Below are positions 42,025 through 56,228 of a stretch of DNA of 64,000 bases, one piece after another (position 1 is the stretch's first letter; the number at the start of each line of letters is the position of its first letter). A program made the translations under genes and the position numbers. The notes beneath the pieces are model-generated. The model was not told the DNA's origin. It worked only from the letters and a program-made list of their open reading frames with translations, and ran no database searches. The DNA is from Octopus sinensis (lineage: Eukaryota): positions 93,992,001 through 94,056,000 of the forward strand of contig NC_043001.1 of the NCBI RefSeq assembly GCF_006345805.1, written 5' to 3'.

Positions 42025-42318
42025 ACTGTTCTATTCAGTTCACTTGAGAGTGGTATTAGTGCTATGCAGGAAATTAGTGGTGAAAGTGAGTCACCTTGGA
42101 AAATACCACAGTTCATGCTAATATAGTTTGAGTACAATACTCCATTAGAATGATATAATTGGAGCTTCGTGTTCCATAGTGACATATTATACTTTAAAAA
42201 ATCGGAAATCACAGGAGAAATTTTGAAAATGTCCAGCAATTTCAGAATCCACGAATGTGGTATGCTGTCAAAGACTTTTTTTATAATCAATCCATGAAGA
42301 GCTGAGATTTCTGCGCTT
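42025..42318 (-). mobile_element. R4/Dong-type RT fragment next to (AAT)n/(AAC)n
   Basis: RRNLSSSWIDYKK (frameshift) VFDSIPHSWILKLL...GIFQGDSLSPLISCIALIPLSSELN, the typical R4-clade WIDYKKAFDS.PHSW and GIFQGDSLSPL motifs. Confidence 0.85.
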
Positions 42319-42364
42319 GTTGTTGTTGTTATTGTTGTTGTTATTATCATTATTATTATTATTA

Positions 42365-42410
<46 letters not shown>

Positions 42411-42417
42411 GTTATTA

Positions 42418-42630
42418 AGGTGGCGAGCTGGCAGAGTCGTTAGCACACCGGGCATAATGCTTAACAGCATTTCTTTCGTCCTTACGTTCCTGAGCTCAAA
42501 TTCCTGCCGTGGTCCACGTTGCCTTTCCTCCTTCCGCGTCGATGAATTAAGTAGCAGATGAGTATTGGGGTCGATGTAAATCACCTAGCCACACCCTACA
42601 AAATTTCAGGCCATGTGCCTATAGTAGTAA
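42418..42630 (+). mobile_element. SINE family A-related copy
   Basis: 'ggtggcgagctggcagagtcgttagcacaccggg...gagctcaaattcc'. Confidence 0.75.
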
Positions 42631-43930
42631 GCAGTATTAATATCATTACTGGTATTATTGTACTTGGTTTACATATAGAGCATTTGCACGTATGTGCGCT
42701 TGCATATGTGAATGTGTGCACGCGCATGTGTCTATGTGAGTTTTTCTGCGTATACATACATCGGCATTTAGCGTAAATGTCTGCGTGGATACTCTATTGA
42801 AATAATAACAATTTTGTTCAAGAGTTTCAATTTAAATGCACTACTGGCGTTTCCTTGGCTTTTCTATTCATATACGTATTTCCTATCGACTCATTTCTTC
42901 TCGTTTATCTCTTTTCTCCCTATTTAAATCTTTCACCACAATTCCATCACAGTACCCGCCTTTCAACAACCATTCGCTTTACTTACATAACTCAACCCAA
43001 ACTGATCTCAGCCGAGTCCAACTCAACGAATAAAAGTTATGCTAATGCGGTTTCACTTCACTTCACTTCACTTCACTTCACTCACTCACTGCTGCGAACT
43101 CATCTCTTCTCAATCGAGTCCAACTCGGGTAATGAAGTTATGCTAATACTGTTTTGTCATTGCAAGCTGTGAATCTGGATTCAGCCGGTAATTGTGCGGT
43201 GATGGCTTTACCAACAAGTCTTGTGATCCGCAGCCAACACTTGAGGCTGTTGCTGCTGCAACTACCGCTACCACCACCACCACCACCATCACTGCTGCTC
43301 CTGCTGATTTTTATTACTGGCTGCTACAACTGCAGCTGCTGATGTCGATCGTGCTAACCACGATGCTATTGCTGCCGCAGTTGCGGCTGCGACTGCTTCT
43401 GTTGCTTCAGCTGCTACTGCTGCTACTGCTAAACGGCTGTTGTATTATTTTTTCTTTGCAACGCTTACTTACAGGGATGATAAAAATCTTCCCTTGTCGT
43501 TTGAAATCCTGCCGTCTTTTCCGCAGTTGATTTTGTTCAAGGTTATTATCAATATGTACATCTCTCTGGAAGCTCCTTTGGTTCTGTTTTGTGTTTTTTT
43601 TTGTTTTTGTTTTCGTGTTTCCTTTTGTCACATGGATGGCGAAAGAGAGAATGAGAAAGAAAGAAATGAAAAGAGGATGAAACATTGAGAGAGAGAGAGA
43701 GAGGGAGAGAGAGATAGAGAGAGACAAAGGTGCGGCGAGAGACGTTGTTATGTGAGTAATGATATAAAGAATGAATACCTACCAAACGATAAAGAGAAAG
43801 AGAAGAGTGTGTGACATACGAAGAGCAAGTGACGGAGCGAAGAAGGAAAAAAATGAGTGAGTGGGAAATAGAGAAAGAGAAATAGTGAAGAAAAGAGAAG
43901 GAAAAGGAAGTACAAAAAATATAACCAATG

Positions 43931-43981
<51 letters not shown>

Positions 43982-44867
43982 GGAGTGATAGACGGAGAGA
44001 TAGAAACTTAGAGAGAGAAAGGGAGGAAGAATACAAACAGAGATGGTGAAAAGATCAAGATAACAACGCGTAGAGATATTGTTTTTGTACTTCATCTTGT
44101 CTCATGCTGTATTATCTATGAGCCTTCCTGTTCACCGTATTTTACCGTGGCAATATCTCGTTCGCGCTCACACAGACAAGGACAAGATACATACACGCAT
44201 ATTCATGAAACTCTCTCTCTCTCTATCACTATACATATATCTTTACTCATTGCATCTTACTTTCTCCCAACTCGAATACTTCTCCGGCTTTTTATTTCGT
44301 CACATCTTGAATTTATCTCTTCCTGCATTTCTTAGTTATACTATCTCATATCTGTTCACTCTCACACTCACTTGTTCAATAATGCGCTCTCTATCTCTGC
44401 CTCTATCCCTATCTCTCTCACTCGAGCACACACACAAACACACACTCTGTCTCTTTCTTTCGCTTGCAATTTCTCTCTTTGACTCAGTTAATCCAAACAT
44501 CGAAGAAATCTCAACACGTTTTTTTTTTATATCATTATATCAGCTTCTCTAACTTTCTTCCAAGGAATCCATGCGTCCATCTATGCATCAATCAAATGTT
44601 TACTCAGTTTTTCTGGAAATCTTTAAATCACTCTATGAAAAACAAAATCAGTACAACTAGCAATCTATCCTTATATGAAAATACACATGTGTGTGTGTGT
44701 GTCTGTGTGTTTGGGTGCGCGTGCGCGCTTGTGTGTATGTAATACATATATATATATAAACACACACATATATATATAAACACACACATGTACAAATACA
44801 TACTTCCCTCTCTACATAACTAATGACTTCTCTAGCAGCTACCTGTATATTGCTGTAGATATGTACA

Positions 44868-44924
<57 letters not shown>

Positions 44925-45252
44925 GCATACTTACAAACATACATACATGTATACAAACATACATACACACAAACGGAATGATAGAAGGATAGATAAATTC
45001 CGGCATGCATATGAGTGTGTGTTAGGATATCATACGAAGTATTTAGCATCTACTCAATCTTATCTGCAAATAGGTACACATTTCTGTATCTATATCTACA
45101 TCGATCTGTATATTTATCAATCTATCGACTCACTCACTCTGTCTATCTTTCTCCTTCACACTCTATTACATTATAAGAATGACATACACGCATACATACA
45201 TAAATAGATACATAGAGGAATACACAAATACACATTTTTATAGTGACTTTAG

Positions 45253-45290
<38 letters not shown>

Positions 45291-45870
45291 CATATATATA
45301 TATATACATATATACATATATCTACCCGCATGTGTATACATGTATATGTACGTCTATCTATATATTTATATACACATATTTATGTGTATACATATATGTA
45401 TATACATACATAAATACATACATACATACATACATATATATATATATATAGGTATGTATAGATTTCAAAATACGTATGTATATATGAACAGTACGTGTGC
45501 GTGTGCCCTTGCTAATACACCAAGACAGCACAGATGCACAAAATAAAATATACCCGATTAAATTTCTTGTAAATCACATCATACCCTTTTCCCTTGCATA
45601 TGAAGAATACACATTGCAATTATCAATAGTTGTGTCAACTACTTGCAAACGGAAGGATTGTTGCGTTCCTGAAGGTATTTGATCACAGGCGTGATCATTT
45701 AAAGCTGATCCCAGGCTAAAGAAGACTAATAAATAATGCTTCATTTAGTCGAAATGTAAAAGAATAAGCATGTTGTTACTCCCAGAACGCAAGACATGAA
45801 GCTCCGAACGCACACACACACACATATATATGTATATATTACATATATGCGAGTCGATATGCATGCATAC

Positions 45871-45908
<38 letters not shown>

Positions 45909-45959
45909 TCGTACATATATAACGTACTAGTATGTATATATATATATATATATATATTG

Positions 45960-46150
45960 TTTTTGTGAAAAATTCACAAAAAACAAAATACGAAGACAGG
46001 TGGTGTAAACAACAAACTGATATATTAGTATAATGTCGGGAAATGAAAAAGTCTTTAACGTTTCGAGCCTACGCTCTTCTACAGAAAGGAACACAGAAAG
46101 AAATAAGGAGAGAAAATAAAGAATGTGTAATGGCTAGCGTTCTATCATGG
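45960..46150 (-). mobile_element. Short repeat between TA tracts, probably a PLE pseudo-LTR-like end, containing a hammerhead-like core
   Basis: A related segment ('ttgtttatacacctgtgttcgttttttgtttt') occurs at ~57650-57715 and ~59950-60015. The PLE assignment is inference. Confidence 0.5.
46053..46088 (-). ncRNA. Minimal hammerhead-like motif (variant core)
   Basis: Minus strand CUUU-CUGUAGA-A-GAGC(GUAG)GCUC-GAA-ACGU-U-AAAG. Stem I (4 bp) and stem II close correctly; palindromic ACGU replaces stem III; core has A6->U. Confidence 0.5.
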
Positions 46151-47255
46151 TGATATATATATATATATATTCTAATTTAGCCTATAATTTAATATATTTT
46201 TCCAGTTTATCTAGAACAACGCGGTCCCTAAATTTTCCATATATTATATTCTAAGGAGACTTTATTTTTCTGAATTTCTCAATTGTTTATAGTTAATACT
46301 TATTTTTATGGTTTATTAATTTTTTTAAATATTGTTCCTTGCCGTTTACCATTTCTCAATTGTCGAATATTTAACCTTTTACTTAATTTTCCTTCACTTC
46401 GAAATATATTTTACAACCAATTCTACAAAATTAAACGTTTTTGCGTTTCATTTTTCTATTCCACGATTTTTGTATTTTTTTCAGTGTTATACATATATAG
46501 TTTAATCCGATACACTTCTCGGAAAATACATATTATTTAACATACGTGCACGCGTTTATTTAAGCACACGTATGGTTCTTTGTATATACCGCTTGAAGAT
46601 ACCATTCACATTTCTTAAGAATTATTGTAGCATTTGATGCGTTCATGTTCGTCATGGCGTCTAAATCGAATGGTCGGATGGTCGGCTATCTTTCACTAAG
46701 ATAATAATGTTGTATGCGGTTATTCCTTAACGATCCATCAAAATATCTCTTTGCTATGAATTCATATATATGAAAAGCAATACGACAACTTGACCACTCT
46801 AGGATATAGTTATATTACGATCGTTAACTATAAAATCTTGTAGTTTATTATTCACGAAGTTTGATATTTTAATCATACACTGAAATTCTAGTATTGATTC
46901 TGTTGATAATCAATACACTTTCGTCATTACTTTGGCAAAAAAGTTAGTAAAATATCACTTGATGAAACGGAATGATTACGTAAAACATGCTAATTTACGT
47001 AATGTCGTCTGATATGATATGTAAGGGCTTTGTATTTGAGAATAAACTTCGCTATCGTAAGGCATGTAGTGATGTTTTGCACAGTCTATTATTTTTTGTA
47101 TACCCCGCCCAACCATACTCACATGCACACATACACACTCACTAACCCATACGCACGCGCACAAATATATATATGCGTTTATGTATATAGTGCATATACA
47201 TATATTAACTTAGATATGTGAATTACAATTATTTATAATTACTTGCGGACATATA

Positions 47256-47306
<51 letters not shown>

Positions 47307-47504
47307 GCACATCTATACATGCATGTATATACACATCATCTATGCACATTTATCTAACTATTTATTTATCTAGCAATATAAATATATACAAAGATAATAT
47401 ATATATATAGAAAGAAAAAGAATATAAAGAATATATATTATATATACATATACATACAAATAGATATATGCGTATATATATTATATATATATATATATAT
47501 ATAG

Positions 47505-47535
<31 letters not shown>

Positions 47536-47541
47536 AATATA

Positions 47542-47576
<35 letters not shown>

Positions 47577-47615
47577 GTATATACATGTATATATATATAT
47601 ATATATGAATATATG

Positions 47616-47673
<58 letters not shown>

Positions 47674-48216
47674 TTCAGTAAAATTTAGATTCCGACGAAT
47701 ATGGTACTTAAAGACACCAGGTTTTAGTATGACATTATCCATATAATTCAAAATGGGGTGATTACAATCAAAATAAGCAACAAGGATATCCAGAGGTAAT
47801 GCAGCACGATCTTTTCATGCAATTCCATTTAATTGAACAATGTAAACATTACATGAATTAAAAATGTAGAGTAATCTTCAGGTGCATAAAAATATAGAAT
47901 TTAGTTAAATTCGAAGGATTCATTTGTTTAATTTTCATTTGATCCAAAACCACAAAGAGATATGCAGATGGACAAAGAACATGTTTTATCAACAAGCATT
48001 GTTTCAAAAGAAGTCACTGCTTATCACTGATTATTTCTGTTATTCAGATTTACTAGTGGTGGTGGTGGGGGGATAGTTTTAATTTATAGACTAGTTTATC
48101 AAATCTAAGAGAACTAGAATATATCCTTTATGGATGGGGAAAAATAGATGACAATTTAAGTGGCAGAGTCATAAATCAACATTCCTTTTGAAAAAATCTC
48201 AGTTTGAAAAATCTCA

Positions 48217-48615
48217 GGAGTGGCTGTTTGGTAAGTAGCTTGCTAACCAACCACATGGTTCCGGGTTCAGTCCCATTGCGTGGCATCTTGGGCAAGTGTC
48301 TTCTGCTATAGCCCCGGGCCGACCAATGCCTTGTGAGTGGATTTGGTAGACGGAAACTGAAAGAAGCCTGTCGTATATATGTATATATATATATAAGTGT
48401 GTGTGAATATGTTTGTGTGTCTGTGTTTGTTCCCCTAGCATTGCTTGACAACCGATGCTGGTGTGTTTACGTCCCCGTTACTTAGCGGTTCGGCAAAAGA
48501 TAGAATAAGTACTGGGCTTACAAAGAATAAGTCCCGGGGTCGATTTGCTCGACTAAAGGCGGTGCTCCAGCATGGCCGCAGTCAAATGAGTGAAACAAGT
48601 AAAAAGAGTAAAAAA
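48217..48615 (+). mobile_element. Near full-length SINE family B
   Basis: Runs from 'ggagtggctgtttggtaagtagc' to tail 'ggcggtgctccagcatggccgcagtcaaatgagtgaaacaagt'. Confidence 0.88.
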
Positions 48616-48862
48616 AAAGAGTAGAGTTACAACTGTGATGTTGTTGATAAAACATGTTCTTCATCTATCTACTTGGTGGCTTTGGATAAAATGAGAATTA
48701 TACAAATGAATCCTTCGAATTTAAGTAAATTCTATATTTTTATGAAGCTGAAGATTGCTCTACATTTCAAATTGATGCAATGTTTACATTGTTCAGTTAA
48801 ATGGAGTCGCATGAAACGATCGTACTGCAATACCTGTAGATATCCTTGTTGCTTATTTTGAG

Positions 48863-48913
<51 letters not shown>

Positions 48914-49203
48914 ATAATAAAAAAGGGTAAAATTAATTAATTAACTAGTAATCAATAATTTCACCAAGTAGAATTCGGCATGAAAAAGGACCATTTCAAA
49001 GTAAACTAAAGAGTACATGGGTAATCTAATATCGATTGATTTTCATTATTTTCCCTCTCTGCCTTCGCGGATTGTTTTCGAGTAATTTGTTTTTTCCGGG
49101 AGTCTCTTTTTAAAGTAGAGGAAATAGCTAAGGTTTTTTGGCTGCTATTTCTAAACTTCGGTATGTGGTAAAGCAAATCTTTGCTGAACCCTATTATAAA
49201 GTT

Positions 49204-49269
<66 letters not shown>

Positions 49270-50136
49270 TAGCTTTAAAGCCGCCATGGAGACCACTTCA
49301 TTGGGTTTTGGCCCCAACAATGATATTTCTTGTATAGGAATACATATTAAATCTTATTTAACTTGAACAATATTTTTTTTCAAGCAACAAACAATTTTCA
49401 TAAAATCAATGATATAATTTGTCGACTCGGAACTTATTGCAAAGCTGCATATTCATCAACACTTTTTGTCTTCCATTCGGTGTCAGTACAAATTGCTTAC
49501 TTCCATTCCCTACCCTTGAACAACCAACACATAGATGGCCGTAGGCAACAATAAACTTACCTTTTAAAAGTTCAACGATAATTCTTCTGCCGCCACTTAA
49601 TTTAAAGACAATTTGACGTAAGTAGAGCATTACTTTTCGTACAAACAATTATTTGTAGCTGCTAATACGTAGTTTGAAGGAAAATTACACCACTGTCGCT
49701 AAACACAATTTTAAAGTGCCACTTTTTGGTTTGGAATTACTCTAAACGTATTTAAACACAAAGATGTTTGAAATTTAGTATTTTTTAGTAATTTTTTAAA
49801 GGTAATAATAAAATTAGTCGAATCTATTTCCATGCAGTCAGAGTGAGCTATGTTTCCATAGCTTCGACGACCGATGGTGTGAAAATAGGTCCGACAAATT
49901 TCATTAATATCTGAAAAAGTACAAAATTTTCAACATTATTATGGTAGAGAGTTATGAGAGGTAATATTGTATGATAGAGTGAGTTCAGTACGTATTTCAG
50001 TTCCGAACGTTATGAAGCACGTGTTATGGTTAAATTACTTGATACAGTTAGAGGTGTCATTGAATAGTGAGAGAGGTGGCCAGAGGGGCAAAGTTGAAAA
50101 CATGTGACACAATGACACACTGACATTCGCTTTCGC

Positions 50137-50184
<48 letters not shown>

Positions 50185-50379
50185 CGTATAAATATACATA
50201 AAATGGATATCGTTTCTGTGATGGCGGTGCTATCATATGCGGCATAGCGGCAGCAGGTGACTGTAGAACCTTCCCAAGTTGAAATAGCGAGTGCTGGATA
50301 AAGAACCTGTGTAGAAGACCTGCCAAAAGGCAGAGCACCACTAGAAATGCAGAGACCATTTGTTATGGCAAAATCTCTA

Positions 50380-50730
50380 GATAACGGACTGTGATTACTG
50401 AATAACCAAGAGTTTGCTTCCCAACCACCTGGTTAAGGATTCAATCACATTGCGTGGCACCCTGCACAATATTGTGAGTGGATTTGGTAGACGGAAACTG
50501 AAAGAATCACGTCGAATACAACATATACGTGTATATATCTTTTTGTGTGTGCACAAACGGTGTTTGCGTGTTTACGTCCTCTGTAACTTACCGGATCGTC
50601 AAAAGAGACGGACAGGATAAGTACTAGGCTTTACAAACTATTCGTCGATTTGTTTGAGTAAAGCCCTCAAGGCAGTGATCCAGCATGACTACTGCCAAAT
50701 GACTGAAACATGTAAAAGAAGAAAAGAAGA
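50380..50730 (+). mobile_element. Diverged SINE family B
   Basis: Body 'gtgagtggatttggtagacggaaactgaaagaatc' and tail 'ggcagtgatccagcatgactactgccaaatgactgaaac'. Confidence 0.7.
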
Positions 50731-50799
50731 AAAGAGTGTGTATACAAACATACATACATATATGCATGCATACATACATCATACACACATACATATATG

Positions 50800-50840
<41 letters not shown>

Positions 50841-50849
50841 TACAATACT

Positions 50850-51255
50850 CTCTGTTTACTTGTTCCAGTCATTTGACTGCAGTAATGCTGGACCACCGCC
50901 TTTATAATCGAGCAAATCGACACCAGGGCTTATTCTTTGTAAGCCAAATACTTATCTTATCGGTGTCTTTGGCCGAACCGCTAAGATACGGGGACGTAAA
51001 CACACCACCATCGATTGTCAAGTGATGCTGGGGTGGGTGCAAACAGACACACAAACACACACACACAAACATATATATATATATAAATATATATACATAT
51101 ATACGACGGGGCTTCTTCCAGTTTCCGTCTACCAAATCCACTTTGGTCGGCCCGAGGCTATAGTAGAATACACTTGCCCAAGGTGTCACGCAGTGGGATT
51201 GAAACCGGGACCATGTGGTTGATAAGCAAGCTACTTACCACACAGCCACTCCTGC
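50850..51255 (-). mobile_element. Near full-length SINE family B
   Basis: Reverse complement from tail ('cagtcatttgactgcagtaatgctggaccaccgcc') to head ('accacacagccactcctgc'). Confidence 0.85.
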
Positions 51256-52527
51256 AATAAGATAACAAAGCGGAGGTAATTTGATATTCCTAGCACATTT
51301 ACAAATGTCCTTGGAATGTCAAATTGCTTGGCCCATTTATCATATTTCATTTAACATATACACGCTCACACACGACCTGCCTTAGACTCCTCACTAATGT
51401 GAAAACAACTTTCATGCTCAGCAAATGACATTTTATATCACCATGCAAAACGACAATAGGGAAACCCTTGCATATTCCCTTTCTCTTCAAACACACTTGT
51501 TTTCCATAACATCCAGCATATCATTATGACATTCAAGCTAACCATCTGGAAATAGAAGATAACCTGTTGGCAATGCTTTTATTGAATAATTTATAATGTA
51601 TTTATCCTGTGCAGGGACTCAGTTACCACTAACAAACGCAGGGTACTCATTTCATTACAGAGAAGAAAATTGCATTGCATGATGTCAGATTCTTATCAGA
51701 AGGGACTCACGTAAACAATTTCATGTTATTTTCTCGCTGTGCCCGTGACAATTGTGACAACTCTATCAAAAATATATGTATATCAATTTCAGTTAATGGC
51801 TTGTGGAATATCATAATTTGTTGTATCGTGCTCATCGCATTAGACAAATATTCTGCATACTGATGTATACACCGTATTTGCCATCTCTTCCCAAAGATTC
51901 AGTAGCGACAATATATGAAATTGTTTATGTGCTGATTGATCAAATATATTTTTACGAAGGAGAATGCTGAACTTTCATTGAATTTTGAAGAAACAGAAGT
52001 AGTCTTATTTAGGTGTTGTAAAAATTTGCATCAAATTCAAGATAGCAAAATGCACAGTTAAAATTCCAAAAGATACTCCTGGAGCTATTGTCTTCCTCAG
52101 TATTTACATGAAACAAGATGTCGGTCATTGAACGATGACGGAGAGCAGCTCAGTAGCGCAATCAGTCATTGAACGATAACGGGAATATCATTACTTCAAA
52201 TAATGTTTAAAGGTCATTAGGTTAGGGCTGAGGAGGACGAAATCACACTTCACAATTCTGTTAGAAGCTAACAGGTTCAATTATGAACCTCAAAGAAGTA
52301 CTATGAAGACAGGGTCTGTAGATCTAGTCAAAGCTATTGTTCATAATAATATTATATCAATAGAGCAGAGTATCAAATCCAGCATGATGTTGTTTTCTTG
52401 CTTCAACATATCTTTAATTCATCAGCTATTACTTGTCATGTTTTCTCATCGCACAAGGTTTCTTTTACCAAGTTTTTCTTCATGCACTGCTTGCTGCATT
52501 TCGTTCGTACAATTTCATTGAATTTGA

Positions 52528-53060
52528 AGGCGTCGAGCTGGCAGAAACGTTAGCGCGCTGGGCAAAATTCTTAGTGGCATTTCGTCTGCCGCTACGTTCT
52601 GAGTTCAAATTCCGCCGAGGTTCACTTTGCCTTTCGTCTTTCGGGATCGATTAAATAAGTACCACTTACGCACTAGAATCGATATAATCGACTTAATCCG
52701 TTTGACTGTCCTTGATTGCCCTCTCTGTATTTAGCCCCTTGTGGGTAGTAAAGAAATAGGTATTTCGTCTGCCGTTACGTTTTGAGTTCAAATTAAATAA
52801 GTACCAGTTACGCACTAGGGTAGATATAATCGACTTAATCCGTTTGACTGTCCTTGTTTGTCCTCTCTGTGTTTAGCCCCTTGTGTGTATTAAAAAAGTA
52901 GGTATTTCGTCAGCCGCTAAGTTCTGTGTTCAAATTCCGCCGAGGTCGACTTTGCCTTTCATTCTTTCGGGGTCGATTAAATAAGTACCAGTTACGCTCT
53001 GGGGTCGATATAATCCGTTTGTCTGTCCTTGTTTGTCCCCTCTGTGGGCAGTAAAGAAAT
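52528..53060 (+). mobile_element. SINE family A copy followed by tandem partial re-duplications
   Basis: One full copy, then two partial copies each restarting at 'ggtatttcgtc' (~52760, ~52900). Confidence 0.8.
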
Positions 53061-53599
53061 AAGAATTTCACTGAATTTGTCTCTTCCAATATTGTCACTA
53101 ATAATCTGCTCACATGTACTCTGTTTCTATCTGATGGTAATTTCTCTGCTATCGCGGGTACCCGGTGGGTTCATATTCATAATGCTCTTTCATGGACTTT
53201 CTCAGATATTATCTTTTTACTTTTCTGGTATTCTTAACCAATATCGGATCAATCATTATCTTGTTAGTTCATGCACCATATTGAAGACGGTTTAAATGTG
53301 TAGGAAAATTATAGCTTGTAAAAGAAGCATTTCGCTACCCTAATGAAGGAAATAAAAACAGCCGATGGATACAAGATCCTTAAATCATTTGCAATAAATA
53401 ATCATGGATTTGAACAATATTTAAATATATCAAATCGATTTGTCCCAGAAGGCGTTTGTAATTTTTCTGTTATTTATTTTTAGAATGGGGAAAGTATTTT
53501 ATTTTACGTTCCTCTTTGAAGTGGAACATTTTTATTGAAAATATATCGTGACAAGAAGAATAATGGTGGTGTAAATCTTTCCTAATCCTATTTTGTAGC

Positions 53600-53667
53600 T
53601 TTTTCTTATTTATGTCTGTTTTTTCACCTTCTTTTTCATTCATTATGACTAACTCATTCTCTATCCC

Positions 53668-53702
<35 letters not shown>

Positions 53703-55366
53703 AGGCTGTGCTTGTGTTTAACACCATCACTCCATTCACAATTTTATATTTTCCACTCTTTTTTTTTATATCTGTTCGATTCCTTTCTATCCCTTTATTT
53801 TCTTTCCATTCACACCCACACTCCGTTTTCAACATTTCCTTCATTCTAATTCAAACATTTTCTCTTTCCTTCTCTTCCTCTTTCCAGCTGTCATCTCTCT
53901 GTTTATCATGACAAACTTTCCATTTATAAGTCGTAATCCTTCTTTCCATTTGATCATCATCGTCAATTTGTACTCCTCTTTTTGTTTTCATTTCCCTCCC
54001 CTAACATCACTTTCAACTCATTTAATGTATTTCTTTCTCTATTCACCACTTCTCTCTCTGTCTCTCTCTCTCTTTCCTATCGCTTTTCCCTCTACTACCC
54101 TTATCGCTTTCTTTCAACTTTTACACTCTCCTTTCCGTCATTCTATTTACTTTCTCCTTATTTTTATTCATATCTCTCAGTGATACATCTTTGCCTCCAT
54201 GTTTTTAATTCGCTACACTTTTCTTCCATGTTTCTTTCTTTCTAGTTCATCAAACTCCTGTTCTCTTTTTCATTGTTAAATCTTCACCTTTTTATTTTAT
54301 TTTCTTCCTTTCTATCTCTTCCTTATTCTTTGCTTTCCCCTAGTTTTCTTTCTTTTCCCCTATGAACTATACTCATTTTCATTTTTCTCCATCTGTCTCC
54401 GTTCTCACTCAGTTTCTCTACTTTCACATCAACTTCCTTTTCCTCTTTACTTCAGTAACATTGCTCACATTAATTTTCTGTTTTTCCTTTCACTTTTTTT
54501 TTTATTTTCCATTCCTTGATTTCCATTCCTGCTCCCTCTCTCTCTTTGGCTCCACTTTACTCTCGTTTCTCTCTATTTTTTTATGTTTTGTGTATCTCAG
54601 CCATGCTTATCTCTTTGAGACTTACTGCATACATACATACATACATACATACATACATACATACATACATACATACATACATGCATACATGCATACGTAC
54701 TTACATAAATACATACATAAATGCATACATGTATGCATACATATACACACACATACATACGAACGTACATGTATACATATATACGCACAGACATAAACAC
54801 ACACATATATATATAAACACACATAGATACATACATACACACATACATACGTTCATACATACACACATACCTACGTACATACATACACATATACATAAAT
54901 ACATACATACGTAAATACATATATACATACACACATACATATAATCTCATACTTCCATACACACATACATACATGCGTACGTACTTACATACATACATAA
55001 ACACATTCATAAATATGCACACTCATACATACACACATGCATACATACGTAAATATAGAGACAGATAGATACAAAAGCACAGACATACACGCATACACGC
55101 ATATATAAACACACATACATACACACATACATACACACATACATAGATAGATATGTACATATAGAGATAGATACATACATACATACGCACAGAAACACAC
55201 ATATATAAACACACATACATAGATGTATACACATATTCATACATAAAGAGATTGACAGGCTGATTGAGAGATAAACAGATAGCTAGCTAGATAGATAGAT
55301 GAATTAATAGCGAGATAAATAGATAGATAATTAGATAGGTAGGTAGACAGGTAGTTAGATCAATAT

Positions 55367-55450
<84 letters not shown>
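53600..55450. repeat. Pyrimidine-rich low-complexity tract followed by (ACAT)n-rich and (AGAT)n microsatellites
   Basis: Seen directly. Confidence 0.9.
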
Positions 55451-56228
55451 GAAGGGATGTCTTGGTGTTTTTTACTCTGTCTTAGTCACCTATTTCTCTT
55501 TATCAGGTTCTTAACCTGATTAACACCGTCTACATTACTCCCGCCTCTTAGCTATTTCTGCCTACTCTTCTATACTCTCTCCACCGCCACACAGTAAGCC
55601 CCCCCCCGTCACTCGCATTCACAAGTACACACGTGCGAGCTCAGCATATATAATATATTTTTCACTTTTTCTACTATTTGCTCTCTCGCTTATTTCATTC
55701 TCATCTGCCGCTTTCACTTCGTATATTTATTATGTTAGAGGCTTCAATCATTAAGCTAGGATCATAACGAAGCACTGCCTCCAGTGGTGTGTATGGACGC
55801 GAGAAAACTTCGGCCTTTGAAAAGAGGAACCATGCTTGTGGGAAACATTGTTGTGTTTAAATATATATTTGTCGTTGGATTAATTTTATCTAAAGACCTT
55901 TTTTTTTTTTTACTAATTGCGAATTAAAGGAGCACCTATATATATTTCTTTAACTACTCTTGTAATTTCTTGTTTACACTTAATTACATTTCTGTATTAA
56001 ATGTTACAAGCGTCAAAAAGTTTCGAAAATTAAACAAAATAAAATTCCTATTGCGAATATCTACCAGTTTATATTGGGATAAATATATGTGTCAATACAT
56101 TTTTAAAAATATTTCGTTTATCAACATATATATATAGTTAATCCAAACATGAAAACACAAAGAGAAAACACAACAACGCGAGGACGTGGAACAAGTATAG
56201 TGTTATTGGACGCTCAGGAAAGAAGGAG

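Noticed and set aside
43154-43530. Poly-Ala/Thr/Leu ORFs
   Set aside because: (CTG/CTA/CCA)n degenerate microsatellite.
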